DNA of 64,000 nt from Anaerolineae bacterium. GTDB taxonomy: Bacteria > Chloroflexota > Anaerolineae > Anaerolineales > UBA4823. The DNA is taken from the NCBI GenBank assembly GCA_041479245.1, contig JBGOXS010000015.1:7446-71445 (forward strand). Reading direction: 5' to 3'. The position numbers and the translations under genes are program-made. Each line of letters opens with the position of its first letter. Position 1 is the first letter of the stretch. The notes under the pieces are model-generated. The model was not told the origin of the DNA. It ran no database searches and saw only the letters and a list, made by a program, of their open reading frames with translations. Shown one piece after another: positions 1 to 9,230 of this stretch.

Positions 1-1
1 G

Positions 2-169
2 CTCCGCCTGGGCCAGGGACGTGAAAACGCCAAGGATTACCTGCGGGCGCATAACGAGCTGGCCGCCGAGATCGAAATGGCAGTTCGTGAACGAGCAGCC
101 AGTGGCGAGACCGCGCTGGGTTTTGGAAATATTGTCGAAGAAAGCTCCACCGAAGGCGAAGATCTGTGA
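2..169 (+). CDS. recA: RecA recombinase, C-terminal end only (gene starts left of window)
   Basis: Frame-2 reading LRLGQGRENAKDYLRAHNELAAEIEMAVRERAASG...STEGEDL* (stop TGA 167-169) matches the conserved RecA C-terminal region with acidic tail. It is absent from the ORF track because it is truncated. Confidence 0.8.
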   Translation, partial: LRLGQGRENAKDYLRAHNELAAEIEMAVRERAASGETALGFGNIVEESSTEGEDL

Positions 170-211
170 TCCGTGAGGATTGGATAAATTTTGTTTCATT
201 GCCAATTCGTG

Positions 212-251
212 ATGCGCAATACAAGTCCAGTATTGCGCATTTTGTATTTTT
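212..251 (+). terminator. Rho-independent terminator after recA
   Basis: Perfect stem ATGCGCAATAC / GTATTGCGCAT (212-222 / 230-240) with a 7-nt loop, followed by TTTGTATTTTT. Confidence 0.8.
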
Positions 252-539
252 AATAATGACCATCCAACGCAGAATAAGAATTGACGCGCCATCCAAGCGC
301 AACACAGCTGAACCTGGCAACCCCAGACGGAATGGCAGGCATTAGACCCTTCCGAGAAACCTTTAGGGGATAGGCTCACCCTGCGCCTCGTGGTGGATCG
401 GGGGAACCTCTGACCAGGCCTAGCTCAAAGATTAAAAACTATTTATTCGGTAGTTATCTAAACGCATTATAATTTTATTCGTTCCGCCTCGGAAGCGATG
501 TCGTGCTCGATGGGCAATTTTTTAAATCGGGATGTGATT

Positions 540-1595
540 ATGCGTAAAGCCATCATGCTTCTTTTCACCATGCTGTTGGTCATCAGCGCAACCGGCAGCG
601 CAAAAGCCGCGCCGATTCAAAGCGAGCAGCCAGTGGTGCATGCTGTCCTTTTCTTCTCAAACGGCTGCCCGTACTGCAGCGATGTATTGACCAAGACGCT
701 GCCCCCCATCCAGGACCAATATCAATCTCAGTTGAGCCTCATGCTGATAGAAGTTGCTACCCTCCAGGATATTAATAACCTGTACGCCCTGGGAGATGCT
801 CTGGGCTTGACCAAGGAGCAAGTGGCGGTGCCCTTTCTACTGGTTGATCGCACACCGCTCATCGGGGTTGATGAAATCAACAATCAATTTTCGGGTTTGA
901 TCGACAAATACCTTAAGAGCGGCGGGCTGGAATACCCCGATCTTCCCCTATTGAACGAGATGCTACCCAAAGGGATTGCATTCACCTCGTATGACCCATC
1001 CCTGCACCTCGTCCCCCCAACGGCAACCGTTTCTCAGTCCACCGGAACGGCGTTGGCTTGGGGCGTCATGGCGATCATGATCATCGCTCTTATCCTGGTT
1101 GGAGTGATGATCGTGCGCGCCTTCCAGGGTACGCCAATGAATGAAGTGAAAGGTTGGTTGGATCTGGTGATTCCCATCCTTGCCATCGTCGGTCTGGGCG
1201 CAGCCATCTACCTTACCTATGTCGAGGTGACCCATACTAATGCCATCTGCGGGCCTGTGGGTGACTGCAACGCGGTCCAAAGCAGCCCGTATGCCAAACT
1301 GTTCGGTTTAATCCCCATTGGCGTGGTGGGTGCGGTGGGGTATATCGCCATCCTGTTCACCTGGCTGTGGGGCTGCTTCCGGAGTGATGCATTTTCCAAG
1401 GCTGCCGGCCCGATCATGTTTGCCATGGCGCTGTTTGGCACCCTTTTCTCCATCTACCTGACCTATCTTGAGCTGTTTGTCATCCATGCAGTCTGCATCT
1501 GGTGCCTCTCCTCGGCAGTTATCATCACAGCACTGATGCTGCTCAGCCTACCCTTCGTCACACAATGGCTGGCGATTTCAGACGATGAGGAGTAG
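540..1595 (+). CDS. Thioredoxin-like domain fused to a vitamin K epoxide reductase (VKOR) family membrane oxidoreductase
   Basis: ATG at 540 gives the signal peptide MRKAIMLLFTMLLVISATGSAKA. The exported N-terminal part carries CPYC. The C-terminal multi-TM part has the VKOR loop cysteines CGPVGDC and the CIWC motif. The ORF-track start at 498 is less likely. Confidence 0.75.
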   Translation: MRKAIMLLFTMLLVISATGSAKAAPIQSEQPVVHAVLFFSNGCPYCSDVLTKTLPPIQDQYQSQLSLMLIEVATLQDINNLYALGDALGLTKEQVAVPFLLVDRTPLIGVDEINNQFSGLIDKYLKSGGLEYPDLPLLNEMLPKGIAFTSYDPSLHLVPPTATVSQSTGTALAWGVMAIMIIALILVGVMIVRAFQGTPMNEVKGWLDLVIPILAIVGLGAAIYLTYVEVTHTNAICGPVGDCNAVQSSPYAKLFGLIPIGVVGAVGYIAILFTWLWGCFRSDAFSKAAGPIMFAMALFGTLFSIYLTYLELFVIHAVCIWCLSSAVIITALMLLSLPFVTQWLAISDDEE

Positions 1596-1599
1596 CTGA

Positions 1600-2841
1600 T
1601 TGAGTGCAGTTAGCCTGAATAACCAGTTCAACATAAGGGATACTTTTGCCTCGTTAAAATATCCAAATTACCGCTTGTGGTTTGTTGGGCAGCTTGCCTC
1701 ACTGGTGGGCACCTGGACGCAAACCGCTGCTCAGGGATACCTGATCTACGAGCTAACCAAATCGCCTGCTTACCTAGGTTATGCGAGCTTTGCCAACGGT
1801 GTTCCAACCTGGTTCTTCACCTTGTATGCAGGTGCGATTGCCGACCGAATGTCCAGACGGACGCTGATGGTCATCACCCAAACTTCCATGATGATCCTGG
1901 CTTTCATCCTGGCAATATTGACCTTCACCCATACCGTTCAATGGTGGCACATTCTGATCCTATCATTCCTACTGGGTGTCAGCAACGCTTTCGATGCGCC
2001 AGCCCGACAGGCATTCGTTTTGGAAATGGTCGACCGGGAAGACCTGACCAATGCCATCGCATTAAACTCAACCATGTTCAACCTGGCGATGGTTCTGGGG
2101 CCAGCACTCGGGGGGCTGATCTATTATGCCGTGGGACCGGGTTGGTGCTTCACCATTAATGGCATATCCTTTATTGCTGTGATCATTGCGCTACTCTTGA
2201 TGAAGTTAAAGCCTTTTGTGCTGGTCAACAGAAATAGCAGCACCTTGAGTGATGTGAAGGACGGGCTGAGTTATGTAAGGCACCATCCCGCAGTAAGAAT
2301 GATGATCTCCAACCTTTTTATCACCACCTTATTTGGATTGGGCATCGTGACGCTGATCCCTGCCTGGTCTGTGACAGTTTTGAGCGGTGATGCGAAGACG
2401 AACGGCTTCTTGCTGGCGGCACGTGGTATTGGGTCGCTGATAGCGGCGTTAACCATAGCCGCATTGGGGAGATTCCGCTCCAGGGGTAAAGTATGGACGG
2501 TAAACAGCATCCTGCTGCCCATCTCGATGATCTTTTTTGCCTTTATGACCTGGCTGATCCCTTCGTTAATAGCCATAGCTGCCATGGGTTTTACCTTCAT
2601 GATGATCGTCAACCTTTCCAACGCCATGGTGCAAATCCGGATCACCGATGAAATGCGCGGCCGGGTGATGGGCGTGTACACATTTTTCTTTTTCGGCGCT
2701 TTTCCTATCGGCTCCCTGATCGCAGGTTGGTCAGCAGATGCAATTGGTGAGCCGTTAACTGTAATGATCAGTGCAGCAATTTTATTGGTGTTCGCGTTAT
2801 GGGTGATCTGGCGTCAGCCGGCTTTGCGAGCGATGGAATAA
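1600..2841 (+). CDS. MFS transporter (EntS/DUF894-like family)
   Basis: 413 aa, about 12 TM. The N-terminal YRLWFVGQLASLVGTWTQ signature is typical of this MFS subgroup. TTG start lies 5 nt after the upstream stop. Confidence 0.8.
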   Translation: MSAVSLNNQFNIRDTFASLKYPNYRLWFVGQLASLVGTWTQTAAQGYLIYELTKSPAYLGYASFANGVPTWFFTLYAGAIADRMSRRTLMVITQTSMMILAFILAILTFTHTVQWWHILILSFLLGVSNAFDAPARQAFVLEMVDREDLTNAIALNSTMFNLAMVLGPALGGLIYYAVGPGWCFTINGISFIAVIIALLLMKLKPFVLVNRNSSTLSDVKDGLSYVRHHPAVRMMISNLFITTLFGLGIVTLIPAWSVTVLSGDAKTNGFLLAARGIGSLIAALTIAALGRFRSRGKVWTVNSILLPISMIFFAFMTWLIPSLIAIAAMGFTFMMIVNLSNAMVQIRITDEMRGRVMGVYTFFFFGAFPIGSLIAGWSADAIGEPLTVMISAAILLVFALWVIWRQPALRAME

Positions 2842-2915
2842 GGTCAGCAGATTAGGCATCTATAGAGTGGAACAGGTATATATTTGAGAATTATTCCCGT
2901 CTTGGAGACTGGTAA

Positions 2916-2944
2916 TTGACGAAGCCATAGGGAGATGGTAAAAT
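2916..2944 (+). promoter_or_regulatory. Sigma-70-type promoter for tRNA-Glu
   Basis: TTGACG (2916-2921), 17-nt spacer, TAAAAT (2939-2944), about 13 nt upstream of the mature tRNA 5' end. Confidence 0.55.
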
Positions 2945-2957
2945 TCCGACGCTTTCC

Positions 2958-3030
2958 GCCCCCATTGTCTAGTGGCCCAGGACGCGGCCCTCTCAAGGCC
3001 GAAACACGAGTTCGAACCTCGTTGGGGGCA
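2958..3030 (+). tRNA. tRNA-Glu (anticodon CUC)
   Basis: Folded by hand. Acceptor GCCCCCA/TGGGGGC, anticodon stem CGGCC/GGCCG with loop CTCTCAA, T-arm ACGAG-TTCGAAC-CTCGT, discriminator A. CCA is not encoded. Confidence 0.9.
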
Positions 3031-3059
3031 TAAAAATATATCGTCTAGAAGTTCCAGAT

Positions 3060-3090
3060 AATACACCCAGACTGAGGGTGTATTTGTTTT
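3060..3090 (+). terminator. Rho-independent terminator after tRNA-Glu
   Basis: Stem AATACACCC / GGGTGTATT with a 7-nt loop, then TGTTTT. Confidence 0.7.
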
Positions 3091-3160
3091 AACCGCCCCA
3101 GCGACTCGATCGGTCAACCCGAGGTATCTGGAAGCTTATCCGTTATACGCGTTTATCAAT

Positions 3161-4009
3161 TTAATATTTCTCCACCGCATTCAGCTTCACCGGCGGATAG
3201 ATTTGGCCCGCTACCGGTGGCATGGGGTTATAAACCCAATCCACCTTAACTACGCCAGCTTTGACCCCCGCCATGTGGCGTATACCCAGATATTTTCCGC
3301 GCAGCAGCACATCTTCCATAGTGAGCGCCATACTGAAGACCGCCACATCGGCGCCGGTTGGAATCGCTTTCAGCTCGTCGGTATACACGGAGGTCGAAAA
3401 CAGAATATGCTGCCCGTCCAGGCTTTGGGTTTGGATAGCGGGGATAATGTATGGGTAGCCATCTCCATCGACCCAGGAAATAAATTTCAGGTTATCAAGT
3501 TTATCCAGGAAGGAGCGAGTCCAGGGATTGAGCACCTCCACTTTACTGGATTTGCGGGTCAGCGTGCGTGCCACCATGGTTTGAACAGCCGCAAAGATGA
3601 TACGGTTCATGGGCAGGGGTTGTTCACCCGTGTGGGAAAGCAGAGCAAGATAGTAGACTGTGTGAATGCCAAAATAGGCATTGTAACGGAACATCGGCAC
3701 ATTATTGTAGTAATCGTACTCCACCCCTTCTCGTGTGGAGTGGGTGAAAGTTGCCTTGCCACGCCATAGATTTTTTTCCAAGCTCATGATTAGAAAGGCA
3801 GTTTTAGGGTTATTCAGAATATGCTGCTTGGAGAGGCCCTCGGTGAACTGGCCAAACGACAGCTGCTGCGGTGCGCATGCCATCAGGGACGAGATCAGCG
3901 TGACGTGGGGCAATCCCGCGGGTGAGATGGTAGCAAGCAGGCCAATTTTCATCGCCGGTTGGGTGCTCAGGATATCTTGAGGAGAAAAGGTGGACTTGGA
4001 TATGTTCAT
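3161..4009 (-). CDS. Pyridoxamine-5'-phosphate-oxidase-like (split-barrel) family protein, two-domain; last gene of the GRE operon
   Basis: 282 aa. The N-terminal KIGLLATISPAGLPHVTLISSL resembles PNPOx-like FMN-binding split-barrel proteins, and a second similar half follows (WVDGDGYPYIIP). It lies 24 nt downstream of the activase. The function call is from motif memory only. Confidence 0.5.
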   Translation of the reverse strand: MNISKSTFSPQDILSTQPAMKIGLLATISPAGLPHVTLISSLMACAPQQLSFGQFTEGLSKQHILNNPKTAFLIMSLEKNLWRGKATFTHSTREGVEYDYYNNVPMFRYNAYFGIHTVYYLALLSHTGEQPLPMNRIIFAAVQTMVARTLTRKSSKVEVLNPWTRSFLDKLDNLKFISWVDGDGYPYIIPAIQTQSLDGQHILFSTSVYTDELKAIPTGADVAVFSMALTMEDVLLRGKYLGIRHMAGVKAGVVKVDWVYNPMPPVAGQIYPPVKLNAVEKY

Positions 4010-4033
4010 ATTAGTTTCCTGCGTTGATACAAT

Positions 4034-4987
4034 CTACCTGGTAGTTCCTGTAGCACGGATGATTTCGGGGTGGCCTGAGGCGGATTTCGCCACTTGTTCG
4101 AAATCTCGCAACTCAGCCGCCGTCATCAATGGTGTACTCGCATAAGCCCATTCCACGCCGAGACGGGTATATTGGTCGCGGCATAGATTGTTGAAGGCGC
4201 ACAGCTCCCAGCGTTCCACGCCGCCAGTAATCTCATCACTGAGATAATATCCCAGAGCGGTCAGATTGTCGCCGGTCGCGGTTGTCCCTGGGATAAGCGG
4301 GGTGCGGATCCAGAGTTTGAATTGCCAAGACTGGCGCTGCTGCACATCAAGGAGGTGGAGCAGGTTATCCAGGATTTGGCGATTCGAGCTGCCGGTGTAT
4401 TGTCGGTGCAGGTCTGCGTCATATAGCTTCAGATCATAGAGCACCAGGTCTGTGAAAGGCAGTAGACGGTCCAGTGTTGCCGAAGGACACAACCCACATG
4501 TGTCAAGGGCCGTAGAGATGCCATTTTCTTTCAGCGCAAGCAGCAATGCCTCAGCGAAATCAGCCTGCAAGGTTGGCTCGCCGCCGGAAAGCGTCACCCC
4601 ACCACCCGATTTTTGGAAATATGCGCGGTCTTTGAGCAGCTCAGCCAATAGCTCATCCACGGAAATGGTTTTGCCCAACAGCTCGAGTGCGCCGGCAGGG
4701 CAGGCTTCGGCACAATCGCCGCAACCATCGCAGCGTGCCCGATCAATACTGAGCCCGGAATCGGTTCGGGTCAGGCAGTGGTCGGGACATGCCGATAAAC
4801 AGGTATCACAGCGGATGCAGCGGATAGCAAACCACTGTATCTGCGATTGGGAGGAGAGACTCTCGGGGTTATGGCACCATGCACAGCGCAATGGACAGCC
4901 TTTAAAGAAAACCGTGGTACGGATTCCGGGGCCATCCTCGGTTGAAAGGCGCTGTAGGTGCAGGATGCGTCCGGTGAGGGGCGTCAT
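4034..4987 (-). CDS. Glycyl-radical enzyme activating protein (radical SAM, PflA-like with extra ferredoxin-type clusters)
   Basis: It carries the CPLRCAWCHN (CX3CX2C) motif. Two further Cys clusters are present: CIRCDTCLSACP and CDGCGDCAEACP. The GGEP motif is present. The start overlaps the GRE stop by 4 nt. Confidence 0.9.
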   Translation of the reverse strand: MTPLTGRILHLQRLSTEDGPGIRTTVFFKGCPLRCAWCHNPESLSSQSQIQWFAIRCIRCDTCLSACPDHCLTRTDSGLSIDRARCDGCGDCAEACPAGALELLGKTISVDELLAELLKDRAYFQKSGGGVTLSGGEPTLQADFAEALLLALKENGISTALDTCGLCPSATLDRLLPFTDLVLYDLKLYDADLHRQYTGSSNRQILDNLLHLLDVQQRQSWQFKLWIRTPLIPGTTATGDNLTALGYYLSDEITGGVERWELCAFNNLCRDQYTRLGVEWAYASTPLMTAAELRDFEQVAKSASGHPEIIRATGTTR

Positions 4988-7503
4988 TTCATTTGATGGC
5001 TTTCGCGAGCAATGATCTCATTCTGCAATTCACGCCCGATGGAGGTGAAGTAGGCGTTGTAACCGGTAACACGCACCAGCAGGTGGCGGTAATTCTCGGG
5101 GTTTTTCTGGGCATCGCGGAGCATGTCGGCATTGATCAGGTTTATTTGCAAGGCAGAGCCACCATTTTCGATATAGCCGAGTAGGAAGGATTTGAATTTA
5201 TCGCGGTGCTCAGGGTCACGCAGGATGGATGGATTGAAAGTCATGGTGTGGCTGCCGCCATTAGGTAGTACGTTCAGGTATTCAGCCCAATCACCGTGAC
5301 CGTCTGCAGCTTTCCCACCCAAAACCTTACCCACCGAGTTGACGTTGGCGGTCGGACCATTGTTATCGGCGCCGTTAGAGGGACAGAGCGCATTGGACAG
5401 GAATTTGCCTTGCGGACGCCCGTCTGGGCTGGCCGGCAGGATGAAGGAATCGGCCACCCAATAGTTCCAGCTTAACATCCCAGGGCGAAACTGGCGGCCA
5501 GTGGACTGCGTACGGTACTTCCAGGTTTCTTCCGTCCATAACTCCATCACCTGGCGCGCCTGATCATCGGCAGCGTCGTCGTCGCGGCCGTATTTGGGTG
5601 CTTTATGAAGGGCGCGTGCCTGCAAGACTTCATGACCCACCCAGTTATCGCGCAACGCCTGAACAAGCTCAGCCATCGTACAGAACTGGTTATCATAAAC
5701 GAGATACTTCACTGCCAGGAGTGAATCGACGGTAGTGGCATACGTGACCGCCTCGATGGTGACGTAGCCCAGCTCGGCGCCGCCCTCGTTAATATCCAGG
5801 CCCTTTTGAGCGCAGCCTTTGATCAGGCAGGATACGTAGGGTGTAGGTGCGAAGCGGGCCCGCAGGGATTCGCTCTGCTCGTAAAGCGCAACGATGCGGC
5901 GAATAATGCCGCGCGTCTGGGCAGCGTAGGCCCGCCAGAATTGATCCCAGTTTTCGAACTGGGTAGGATCGCCAGTATCTTCACCCCAACGCTTAACCTC
6001 CTCTGACTTGCCGGTCAGTGGGTCTTTGAATGGTAGAAGATCATAACCGCCGGTGAGGGTCAGCTCAACGGCTTTGAGCAGGTTCAGGTTGGCGTCCACT
6101 GTGCCAGAGCGATCATTGCCGACCATGGTATTTTCCAGGCAGCCCACCGGGGCATAATCAAAAACGTTTTGTTCGTTGATGAGCTGGGTCACTCCCGACT
6201 TTTTCGCCTGGAGCATCATCCCGGCCATCGAGCGCTCATCGAAATTGAGCAGAAAAGGCGAGCCCTGGCTGGACGCAATCATATCCACCACGCGGGTGAG
6301 AAGTTTATCGGGTGTATTGCGGTGCAAGCGCACATTAGGCTTGGGTTCAAGGATGGGTGACATCTCATCTATCACGTCCAACAGGATATAGGTGAAATCA
6401 TTAGACATATCCTGCCCTCCTTGACCCATACCCGAAATGGTAAACAGCTGCCCATAACCGGCAGTGATGCCCTGATTGCCACCGGTACGGATCAAGCCAT
6501 CGTAAGCGGTGTTGCAGTGGATCCAGAAGCATTTGAGAATTTCCTTACCGAACTCCGGGTCCATCCCCTCATCGATGGATTTTTGCCACAAGGGGAACAG
6601 GTATTGGTCCAGCCTGCCGAATGAATCACCCGGGCCGGGATAGTTCTCGTCGGCCATGACCAGCATATGGGTCAGCCACAGTGCCTGGACTGCCTCCCAA
6701 AAAGTCTGAGGAGGCTCCCAGGGCACACACAACAGGTTATCGGCCATCTGAGCCAGCTCTGCACGGCGGATGGAATCTGGCTCAATTTCAGCCAGGCGGT
6801 TACATTCACGGCAGTATGCTTCTGCCAGGTCACGTGGCAGCGTGGCCGCGATCATCATCGCCCGTAATTGACTACCCTTTTTACCGGCTTTATCGGCGCT
6901 GGAAAGGGTTGCATAAGCTCCCTCCAATTCCGCATAGATTGCTTTCCAACCCTCACGGATAATGCGCCCATAATCCGGGATGATGTGACCGGAGGTGGCG
7001 CCTGCATTACCGTAGCCATGATTATGAAACCACAACATGGCTGCTCGGCTGCCATTTGGTCCATACACCAGGCTGTCACGCTGCGTGGTTTCTTTTTCCG
7101 TCAGGCAAGCCGAGGTCATAATATTGAAACGCCCCCCGGCGAGCAAATCACCGGGCAGGATTTCTTGAGGTAGATATTTCACCATGACTTCACGGTTGAA
7201 CCAGGCGCGGCGTTCAGGCATTGACCACTTCCAGAATTCCCGATCCAGCTGCACGGGATGCGCCACCTGCTTAAAAGAAGAACGGAAAGTCTGTAGGAAC
7301 GTGTAAGTTTCAGGGACGATATAAAAGCTCAGCTCGTTATACTGGAAATCCCAGGGTGTACCTGTAGTCCAGGAAGAGTATTCATTGTTCCAGGCGCGTT
7401 TAACGCCCTGAAAATAATACTCGCGCAGCCATTGGATGCGCGAGGAGAGATTCGTGGGGGTTTTAATGGCGTAACGGGGTTGGTCGCGGATCACAGTCGC
7501 CAT
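4984..7503 (-). CDS. Glycyl-radical enzyme (PFL superfamily), substrate unknown; 1,2-eliminase-like active-site loop
   Basis: 839 aa. C-terminal glycyl-radical motif LLVRVTGYNAYF. Thiyl loop PVGCLEN (Cys-x-Glu). Coupled to an activase. Confidence 0.9.
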   Translation of the reverse strand: MATVIRDQPRYAIKTPTNLSSRIQWLREYYFQGVKRAWNNEYSSWTTGTPWDFQYNELSFYIVPETYTFLQTFRSSFKQVAHPVQLDREFWKWSMPERRAWFNREVMVKYLPQEILPGDLLAGGRFNIMTSACLTEKETTQRDSLVYGPNGSRAAMLWFHNHGYGNAGATSGHIIPDYGRIIREGWKAIYAELEGAYATLSSADKAGKKGSQLRAMMIAATLPRDLAEAYCRECNRLAEIEPDSIRRAELAQMADNLLCVPWEPPQTFWEAVQALWLTHMLVMADENYPGPGDSFGRLDQYLFPLWQKSIDEGMDPEFGKEILKCFWIHCNTAYDGLIRTGGNQGITAGYGQLFTISGMGQGGQDMSNDFTYILLDVIDEMSPILEPKPNVRLHRNTPDKLLTRVVDMIASSQGSPFLLNFDERSMAGMMLQAKKSGVTQLINEQNVFDYAPVGCLENTMVGNDRSGTVDANLNLLKAVELTLTGGYDLLPFKDPLTGKSEEVKRWGEDTGDPTQFENWDQFWRAYAAQTRGIIRRIVALYEQSESLRARFAPTPYVSCLIKGCAQKGLDINEGGAELGYVTIEAVTYATTVDSLLAVKYLVYDNQFCTMAELVQALRDNWVGHEVLQARALHKAPKYGRDDDAADDQARQVMELWTEETWKYRTQSTGRQFRPGMLSWNYWVADSFILPASPDGRPQGKFLSNALCPSNGADNNGPTANVNSVGKVLGGKAADGHGDWAEYLNVLPNGGSHTMTFNPSILRDPEHRDKFKSFLLGYIENGGSALQINLINADMLRDAQKNPENYRHLLVRVTGYNAYFTSIGRELQNEIIARESHQMK

Positions 7504-7562
7504 GAATGGCTCCTCTCAAGGTACTGATGGATTCTGGCTCTTATCATTTTTAGGTGGTACTT

Positions 7563-7591
7563 AGTATAGCACGTCTATAAGGCGGAAACAA
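7563..7591 (-). promoter_or_regulatory. Candidate promoter of the GRE operon
   Basis: The minus strand reads TTGTTT, 17 nt, TGCTATACT (extended -10), about 55 nt upstream of the GRE ATG. Confidence 0.35.
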
Positions 7592-7625
7592 TTCCGTCCG
7601 ACGGGTGAAAAATCTGTCCCATATG

Positions 7626-7653
7626 TTACGCATCCATCAACTCATGCTATACT
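7626..7653 (+). promoter_or_regulatory. Candidate promoter of the sulfatase-anSME operon
   Basis: TTACGC, 16 nt, then the same 9-mer TGCTATACT (7645-7653) found in the divergent GRE promoter. Confidence 0.35.
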
Positions 7654-7708
7654 CGTTTATCGGCAGAATGGCCAACTGAAATTAAGGTTGGGTAATTCCA
7701 GGAGGAGA

Positions 7709-9142
7709 ATGACGCCCAAGAAATTGAGCCGGCGTGGGTTTCTGAAAGTGGCTGCCATCGGGGGTGGGGTAGTGGCCGTTGGGGGAATTGCCCGGCAGGT
7801 GCATAACCAGGTCGGGCGGAATTTCCGACCCGACCGGGCTCTGACCTACCTGGAACAGATCCAAACCAATTCGAGCCCTGAGACATCGCCTAATATCATT
7901 ATCATCCTGTGTGATGACCTCGGCCTGGGCGACCTGGAATCAACGGCGATCAACCAACCCAACCTACGCCGTATGGCCGATGAAGGCACTACACTGACCA
8001 ACTTTTACGCCGGTGCGTCTGTGTGCAGTCCATCCCGTGCTGGGCTGCTGACCGGGCGCTACCCCGTGCGGACGCTTATTTCCACACCGCTGCTCTCTAC
8101 AAATAATCCACTGAACCCGATAATGGACGTATTGGGGCGCTATTCTTATAATGTGCGCGGTATTCCGAAAGATGAGCTACTCTTATCGGAAGTTCTGCAG
8201 CATAGAGGTTATCGCACAGGCATGGTAGGAAAATGGCACCTGGGTGGCACAGCCGGATATCTACCCAACGACCGGGGCTTTGACACCTTCTACGGTGCAA
8301 AGTGGAGCAACGACGATACGCCATATGCCATTTACCGCGACCGGCAGGTGGAGATTCCTGCGCCAGCCAACCAAGATAACCTGACCCACAATTTTACGGT
8401 GGAAGCACAAAATTTCATCCAGGAGAACAAAGACAGGCCATTTTTCCTGTACCTGGCGCATGCCATGCCGCACTTCCCGGTGCATGCCTCAGCGGCATTC
8501 CAGGACACTTCGGTAGCGGGACGGTATGGAGATGCTGTGCAGGAAATCGATTGGAGCGTAGGGCAGATCCTCACTACGCTTAAGCAGCTCGGATTGGATG
8601 ATAATACACTCGTGGTTTTCAGCAGCGATAATGGGCCGTGGATGGAAGGCAACCCAGGCTACCAGCGGGGGCGAAAACTGGAATGGTTCGAAGGCGGGTT
8701 CCGGGTGCCCTTCATTGCCAGGTGGCCGGGAGTAATCCCACCGGGCATAACCAACCCTGAGATGATCATTAACTATGACCTCTTCCCGACATTTGTTAAT
8801 CTTGCTGGGGCGGTGGTACCACAAGACCGGATCATCGATGGGAAAGATATCCTAACCGTCTTAAAAGGAGAATCACCATCTCCCCACGATACTTTTTTCT
8901 ATTATGACACACGCACGGCCGTCGCGGTACGCTACCAGCAGTGGAAGTACTGCCGCCGCCACCTGACTGATATCGCCGCATATTGGCCGCTGAAGCAGGG
9001 ACCCTTCCTGTTTAACCTGGATACAGACCCGAATGAATCCTACAGCATGATCGACTCTGAGCCCGAGCTGGCGAAAAAACTCTCTGGCATGCTGGATACA
9101 TTCAATGCTGAGATGAAGGCCAATCTGCGCGGCTGGTTATGA
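7709..9142 (+). CDS. Cys-type (formylglycine-dependent) sulfatase with Tat signal
   Basis: GGAGGAG RBS precedes the ATG at 7709. Twin-arginine signal SRRGFLKVAAIGG. Sulfatase signature CSPSRAGLLTGRYP and the DDLG metal-site motif. Confidence 0.9.
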   Translation: MTPKKLSRRGFLKVAAIGGGVVAVGGIARQVHNQVGRNFRPDRALTYLEQIQTNSSPETSPNIIIILCDDLGLGDLESTAINQPNLRRMADEGTTLTNFYAGASVCSPSRAGLLTGRYPVRTLISTPLLSTNNPLNPIMDVLGRYSYNVRGIPKDELLLSEVLQHRGYRTGMVGKWHLGGTAGYLPNDRGFDTFYGAKWSNDDTPYAIYRDRQVEIPAPANQDNLTHNFTVEAQNFIQENKDRPFFLYLAHAMPHFPVHASAAFQDTSVAGRYGDAVQEIDWSVGQILTTLKQLGLDDNTLVVFSSDNGPWMEGNPGYQRGRKLEWFEGGFRVPFIARWPGVIPPGITNPEMIINYDLFPTFVNLAGAVVPQDRIIDGKDILTVLKGESPSPHDTFFYYDTRTAVAVRYQQWKYCRRHLTDIAAYWPLKQGPFLFNLDTDPNESYSMIDSEPELAKKLSGMLDTFNAEMKANLRGWL

Positions 9143-9230
9143 GCACCAGATCATGAATACCACGCGGAGACCGTATACAACCCAAACCACCCGCACCGAT
9201 AACACCATCATCACCTTCTGTACATAGACT

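Noticed and set aside
2860-3117. 85-aa minus-strand ORF from the ORF track.
   Set aside because: It lies antisense across tRNA-Glu, its promoter and its terminator. It has no RBS and its composition is not protein-like.
4452-5015. Long antisense ORFs inside GC-rich genes. This one is 187 aa opposite the activase. Others include 3203-3769, 12265-12636, 13006-13557, 28578-28958, 52447-52956, 53238-53630 and 54273-55049.
   Set aside because: All lie fully within, and antisense to or out of frame with, genes that have strong family motifs. Their sequences are low-complexity and rich in Arg, Ser, Pro and Ala, which is typical of spurious ORFs in GC-rich DNA.
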